Positions 55,842-59,895 of a stretch of DNA of 59,895 nt are shown here, piece by piece. The position numbers and the translations under genes were made by a program. The DNA is taken from sequence record SRR22947725_1575. The stretch is one strand, 5' to 3'. Within the stretch, counting starts at the first letter, position 1, and each line of letters opens with the position of its first letter. The notes under the pieces are model-generated. The model saw only the letters and a list, made by a program, of their open reading frames with translations, was not told where the DNA came from and searched no databases.

Positions 55842-58073
55842 ATGAATCGAATATTATCCATTTGTGCTGCACTGGTGTTGAGTGTGAGTGCCCAATCCCA
55901 GGGATACTTTATCTGGACTGCAGATGAAGGAGATTTTTATCAGTCCTCCAACTGGGATTTGAACCGCATCCCCGGGCTGAATGATATTGTTATCATCAAC
56001 AACGACGGCACAGCGATCATCGGAGAAAATGAGGGAGAACGTCAATTAAGTGGATTCGAATTAGGCGAAACCGAAGACACCTCCGAATCAGGTCATATCA
56101 TCATGAATGGGGGCACGTTCCGAATTGGAGAATTTGACGGGGACTCGAAAATTCATATCGGTGAGGGCACCGAGCTATCCTCATTCATCATGAATGGAGG
56201 CACCATTTTCTATGATGGCCCGGATGACCCAGCAGTGGCCGGATCCCGCAGTAGCGCTGGCGTCAATGAAAATGATTGGGAAGTGGGCGAACACGGCAAG
56301 GGACGTTTTGAAATGCATGACGATGCTGTTTTCCGGGCAGGTGATGATTTGAAAATTTCTGAAAACTCAGCTGGAAACAGTTCCGTGTTGGTTGACGGAA
56401 ATGCGAGACTTTCGGTTGGAAGTGGTATCGGGATGTCCAATGGCGGATCAGAATTCCAGGAACTCTTCATCGGAGGCAATGCTATCGTGGATTCGGGAAA
56501 CAGCATGGGTGCGGGTCATCCCGACGGTCATACGGATGAGGGCTACTTGACCATGGCCATTGGCGGGGGTAATGCGCGTGTCGTGGTACAAGACAACGGA
56601 ACGTTTAATTTCAGGGTACTTTCTTCGCGTCAAGGTGTCTCTCAGTTTACCATCAAGGACAACGGTCAAGTGCATATCTTTGATGTGTTTGCAGGCCGCG
56701 GAAATGTCGAAGGAGAAGAGGAGCCCGATCGCCCGGTAGAGAGCGGTGGGTTTCGCAGTTCACTTTCATCGGGAGCTGCAACTGAAAGCACACTGCTGCT
56801 TCAGGATAATGCCATCATGACGGTGAATGCTGAGAATGGAATCGGTATCAGCGGACCTCGCGGAGACGCGGACGCGGGTGGCAGTGCCATTTTAATTGTT
56901 CGTGACTCTGCCACTTTCCGAGTGGAGCAATACCTTGCTCTGGGCACAGGCACCCAATCTGAAACAACGAACGGCACACTTGAAATCCGAGGGTCCAATG
57001 CCTCGGTCTTTGTAGGCGAAAACTTGAATATGGCCGTCGATACCGATGGAGAAATTCCCACGACCGACGCAACGAATGAGGATGGCAGCCCTGTTCCCGG
57101 AAAATCTACCCTCAAAGCAGTCATTACCAGTGATTCTCATGGCACGCTAGAAGTGGGAGGTACCGCACGCATCGCTCAAGGCATTCTTAAAATCAACCTC
57201 GATGGATATACCCCCAAAGGCGGGGAGTCTTTTACTCTGATACAAGGTGGCACGATTGAAGGTGAATTCCATGAAACCGATTTTTCAGAGGCACCCTTGG
57301 CTGAGGGTCTTTCCTGGGAAATCGACTATTCAGAAGATGCCGTCAAACTAAACATCCTCGGTGAAACCACAGGTGGACCGACTGAGTTGGCTATTTCGGG
57401 TTCACGGAATGAAATCACCATCACCTGGGAAGGTGAGGGAAGTTTAATGAGCGCTGAAGATGTGACCGGACCATGGATGGTCATTGAGGACGCATCCAGC
57501 CCCTTTACAACTGCAACCTCGGATTCAAGCCGGTTCTATCAGGTGGGCTTCACACCGAAACCCCCAGTGATAGCAGTGTGGGAATACAAGACATCATCCG
57601 TAACAATTTCTATCGGGTGGGAACCCTTCACGTATGACAGCAACAATGAAGTGGACCCCATCCTTCTGCGGCGCAGTAATTCCGCTGATTGGGACAAGAA
57701 TCAGAAGTGGGAAGTCGGCACATCATCCGAAACAATTACCAAAGGTTGGGAACCTTTTGCTTACGACAGCAATGATAAATTTGATCCATTCTGGTTACGC
57801 CGTTTGACTTCTGACGATTGGGACAAAAATCAAGAGTGGGAAATCGATAGATCATCTCAGGAAATCCCTGCGGGCTGGAAGCCCTTTGCATATGATAGCA
57901 GAGATAAAGTTACGCCATTCCTCTTGTGCCGTCGCTTTTCCGACAATTGGGACGGTAATCAGAAATGGGTAATCAAGACATCATCTGAGGAAATTCCTGA
58001 AGGCTGGGAACCCTTTGCATATGACAGTGAAAATGGGGATAACCCCGTCTTTTTGCGGCGTCAGATACGATAA
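55842..58073 (+). CDS. Secreted Gly/Asp-rich beta-solenoid-like protein with C-terminal 43-aa tandem repeats
   Basis: Signal peptide; W...SNW...PG..D opener; G-rich passenger-like repeats; YTP.GGESFTLI; FYQV module; then about four repeats. Confidence 0.75.
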   Translation: MNRILSICAALVLSVSAQSQGYFIWTADEGDFYQSSNWDLNRIPGLNDIVIINNDGTAIIGENEGERQLSGFELGETEDTSESGHIIMNGGTFRIGEFDGDSKIHIGEGTELSSFIMNGGTIFYDGPDDPAVAGSRSSAGVNENDWEVGEHGKGRFEMHDDAVFRAGDDLKISENSAGNSSVLVDGNARLSVGSGIGMSNGGSEFQELFIGGNAIVDSGNSMGAGHPDGHTDEGYLTMAIGGGNARVVVQDNGTFNFRVLSSRQGVSQFTIKDNGQVHIFDVFAGRGNVEGEEEPDRPVESGGFRSSLSSGAATESTLLLQDNAIMTVNAENGIGISGPRGDADAGGSAILIVRDSATFRVEQYLALGTGTQSETTNGTLEIRGSNASVFVGENLNMAVDTDGEIPTTDATNEDGSPVPGKSTLKAVITSDSHGTLEVGGTARIAQGILKINLDGYTPKGGESFTLIQGGTIEGEFHETDFSEAPLAEGLSWEIDYSEDAVKLNILGETTGGPTELAISGSRNEITITWEGEGSLMSAEDVTGPWMVIEDASSPFTTATSDSSRFYQVGFTPKPPVIAVWEYKTSSVTISIGWEPFTYDSNNEVDPILLRRSNSADWDKNQKWEVGTSSETITKGWEPFAYDSNDKFDPFWLRRLTSDDWDKNQEWEIDRSSQEIPAGWKPFAYDSRDKVTPFLLCRRFSDNWDGNQKWVIKTSSEEIPEGWEPFAYDSENGDNPVFLRRQIR
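57579..58070 (+). repeat. Coding tandem repeat, 129-nt (43-aa) period, about 3.8 copies
   Basis: Units start at Trp codons 57579, 57708, 57837, 57966: W.xxTSS..I..GWEPFAYDS.....P..LRR..SD.WD.NQ. Confidence 0.9.
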
Positions 58074-58231
58074 AAAGGTAAAAGGAATAAGCGGAGTCGT
58101 TCGTATTCGTATGCATTTTTTACAATTGTATTGTTAAATAAGCTGAAGAATCCTTCTCCCCTTATCAGACAAAAGTTTTATCGAGCAAGGATGGGGTCAA
58201 CGCAATAATTCATTAGAATAGACGTTTTAAG

Positions 58232-58265
58232 ACAAACGCCTCTTCCCTTTCGAGGAGGCGTTTGT
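58232..58265. terminator. Stem-loop, probable terminator
   Basis: acaaacgcctcttc...gaggaggcgtttgt (one G-U pair) downstream of the 55842 gene. Confidence 0.55.
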
Positions 58266-58321
58266 TATGTACCTCGCCCGTTAACCTCCTGCATTGCACA
58301 GAAGTCGCTGGTTAAAAACAA

Positions 58322-58873
58322 ATGAAGGGCTTTCATTACCACGTAGATCTCAAAAGTCATGATCCAACTCGTCAGCTGCCGAATCAAATTGAAATGGTTC
58401 GGCATGGATGGGAAGAGGTCGTTCATTTGACGCTCCGACTTTTATCCTACGCGGTGCTCTTTGAAGAAAACCTCCAGATCAATGGGCAGCCCTTGAACGA
58501 AGACACACCCTACCAACCTTCATTTGGAAAATGGAACCTGCACGGCGAATACGAATTATGGGGTGAATGTCAGCCAGACGATTTCAAAAGGATTAAAAAA
58601 GTCGCCACCAAAACACCTTTGAGTAAATGGGTCATCACTGTTTCATCTGAATCTCTGGCTGAAGAGGCTGTTGCAGCATTGAAGCGAAACAAACTGAGAC
58701 CAGGCAGATTCAGCATACTCCATTTTGATCAGGAATTAGTGGACGAAATCAGCGAACACCTGAATCGTAAAAACACGCTCACCTGGATTCACGGAGAAGC
58801 CAGTCCTCCAGTCATGCAGTTTGATTTCAACGGACTGTGGTTCGATTCTACCTATGGCGTTCTGGATTACTGA
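58322..58873 (+). CDS. YaeQ-family protein
   Basis: LTLRLLSY..LFEE.L......P......L.G...LWGEC......RIKK pattern; YaeQ-like size. Confidence 0.65.
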   Translation: MKGFHYHVDLKSHDPTRQLPNQIEMVRHGWEEVVHLTLRLLSYAVLFEENLQINGQPLNEDTPYQPSFGKWNLHGEYELWGECQPDDFKRIKKVATKTPLSKWVITVSSESLAEEAVAALKRNKLRPGRFSILHFDQELVDEISEHLNRKNTLTWIHGEASPPVMQFDFNGLWFDSTYGVLDY

Positions 58874-58985
58874 AACCACCCCGCCAGCGAGACGCCCGAT
58901 CCGCATCAGCTGAGAATACTATCATTGGAAGCAGCCATACCAATGATGAGAGACCCCAGCGCTGATCATACCGGTTGATTATGAC

Positions 58986-59019
58986 AAAAAAAGGCGGCCC
59001 GAAATGGACCGCCTTTTTT
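58986..59019. terminator. Bidirectional Rho-independent terminator
   Basis: aaaaaaaggcggcc-cgaaat-ggaccgcctttttt between convergent yaeQ-like and fbaA genes. Confidence 0.8.
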
Positions 59020-59038
59020 GAATGAAAATGAGATTAGC

Positions 59039-59895
59039 TCAGACGTCTCCAAAGATAGATTTCCCATCAGAGCGAAGATCCGAACACGCTTCAGCAATGC
59101 GATCTGCCATTCCTTTTTCACCAGCTTTCAGGTAACTGCGAGGATCATAGACCTTCTTGTTACCGATTTCGCCGTCGACCTTGAGAATGCCATCATAATT
59201 CTTGTAAAAGTGATCAGCGATCGGACGAGTGAAAGAATATTGTGTGTCGGTATCGACATTCATTTTAACCACACCGTAGTCAAGTGTTTCGCGGATCTCT
59301 TCAAGCAAACTACCGCTTCCACCATGGAAGACCAGGTCCATCTCTGCCTCGGCGCCATATTTGGCGACCACAGCTGCCTGACCATCCTTGAGGATGTCAG
59401 GGCGAAGCTTCACAGCGCCGGGTTTGTAGTGCCCGTGCACGTTACCGAAGGTGGCAGCAAAGGTGAAGCGACCAATGGACTGCAGGGCTTCGTAGACCGC
59501 CAGCATGTCTTCAGGAGTCGTATATAGGTGTTCTTCAGGAGTGTCTTCAGTGCCTGCAGAGCCGTCTTCTTCACCACCCACTACACCGGCTTCGACTTCC
59601 AGCACAATCTCGTTTTCAGCAGCAAGTTTCAGATATTCCTTTGAAATGGCGATATTTTCTTCCAAAGGAAGAATGGATGCATCAAGCATGTGGTTCTGGA
59701 AGAGGTTATTTTCCCCTTTGGCGCGACGCGCAGCCGTAGCTTCAATGAGAGGTTTGAGGAAAGTGGCAGCTGCCTTGGGCTGACAGTGATCCGTGTTGAG
59801 TGCCACGAGCACGTCATATTGTTCCGCGAGACGATGGGCGGCTTCAGCGAGAATGATGGTGCCTTTGGTGGCATCCTTGTTGTTCAGACCTGAAG
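59039..59895 (-). CDS. fbaA: Class II fructose-bisphosphate aldolase (5' end outside the window)
   Basis: TDHC, HMLDAS, EVEAGVVGGEEDG, LYTTPED, FGNVHGHYKPG.VKL.P, VFHGGSGS, GVVKMNVDTDTQY, KKVYDPR. Confidence 0.95.
   Translation of the reverse strand, partial: SGLNNKDATKGTIILAEAAHRLAEQYDVLVALNTDHCQPKAAATFLKPLIEATAARRAKGENNLFQNHMLDASILPLEENIAISKEYLKLAAENEIVLEVEAGVVGGEEDGSAGTEDTPEEHLYTTPEDMLAVYEALQSIGRFTFAATFGNVHGHYKPGAVKLRPDILKDGQAAVVAKYGAEAEMDLVFHGGSGSLLEEIRETLDYGVVKMNVDTDTQYSFTRPIADHFYKNYDGILKVDGEIGNKKVYDPRSYLKAGEKGMADRIAEACSDLRSDGKSIFGDV

Noticed and set aside
57579-58070. Regularly spaced repeats as a possible CRISPR array
   Set aside because: The 129-nt period is in frame within a CDS, units are degenerate at codon level, and there are no unique spacers or cas genes
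1-59895. Mobile elements, prophage or defence systems
   Set aside because: No transposase, integrase, phage structural, restriction-modification or toxin-antitoxin motifs were recognised in any ORF

Overview
A ~60 kb chromosomal window from a PVC-superphylum bacterium, most likely Verrucomicrobiota. This is inferred from gene content (PEP-CTERM, CotH/lamin-tail, DUF1549/1553-DUF1501 pairs, the L33 type), not from a database search. The left part is housekeeping: rpsR-rpmG-dksA (rpmG is absent from the ORF track), rpsP-khpA-trmD-rplS, the cysI-cysH-cysC-cysD-cysN sulfate assimilation cluster, tRNA-Leu(CAG), waaA, a ROK kinase next to a serine-hydrolase::NamZ fusion, and an EF-hand protein divergent from a two-component system. 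The right part holds mostly secreted or accessory genes, followed by a YaeQ-like gene and a partial fbaA. No transposase, integrase, phage gene, rRNA or CRISPR array was seen. The main discovery is a minus-strand operon at 43054-45781 encoding (1) a DUF4266-like lipoprotein ending in CxxC, (2) a TlpA-like WCAPC thioredoxin fused to an outer-membrane beta-barrel, and (3) a hidden secreted selenoprotein. The ORF track splits the third gene in two at an in-frame UGA (43657-43659). Read through, it gives a W-U-G-I-C (UxxC) active site that aligns with the WCAPC of the neighbouring paralog, and the UGA is followed by a bacterial SECIS-like hairpin. Together these suggest a selenocysteine-dependent cell-envelope thiol/redox relay. 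Other points of interest are a recurring C-terminal module on secreted proteins, a 43-aa Trp-rich tandem repeat, and several zinc-ligand-free variants (DksA, L33, S18, ROK).
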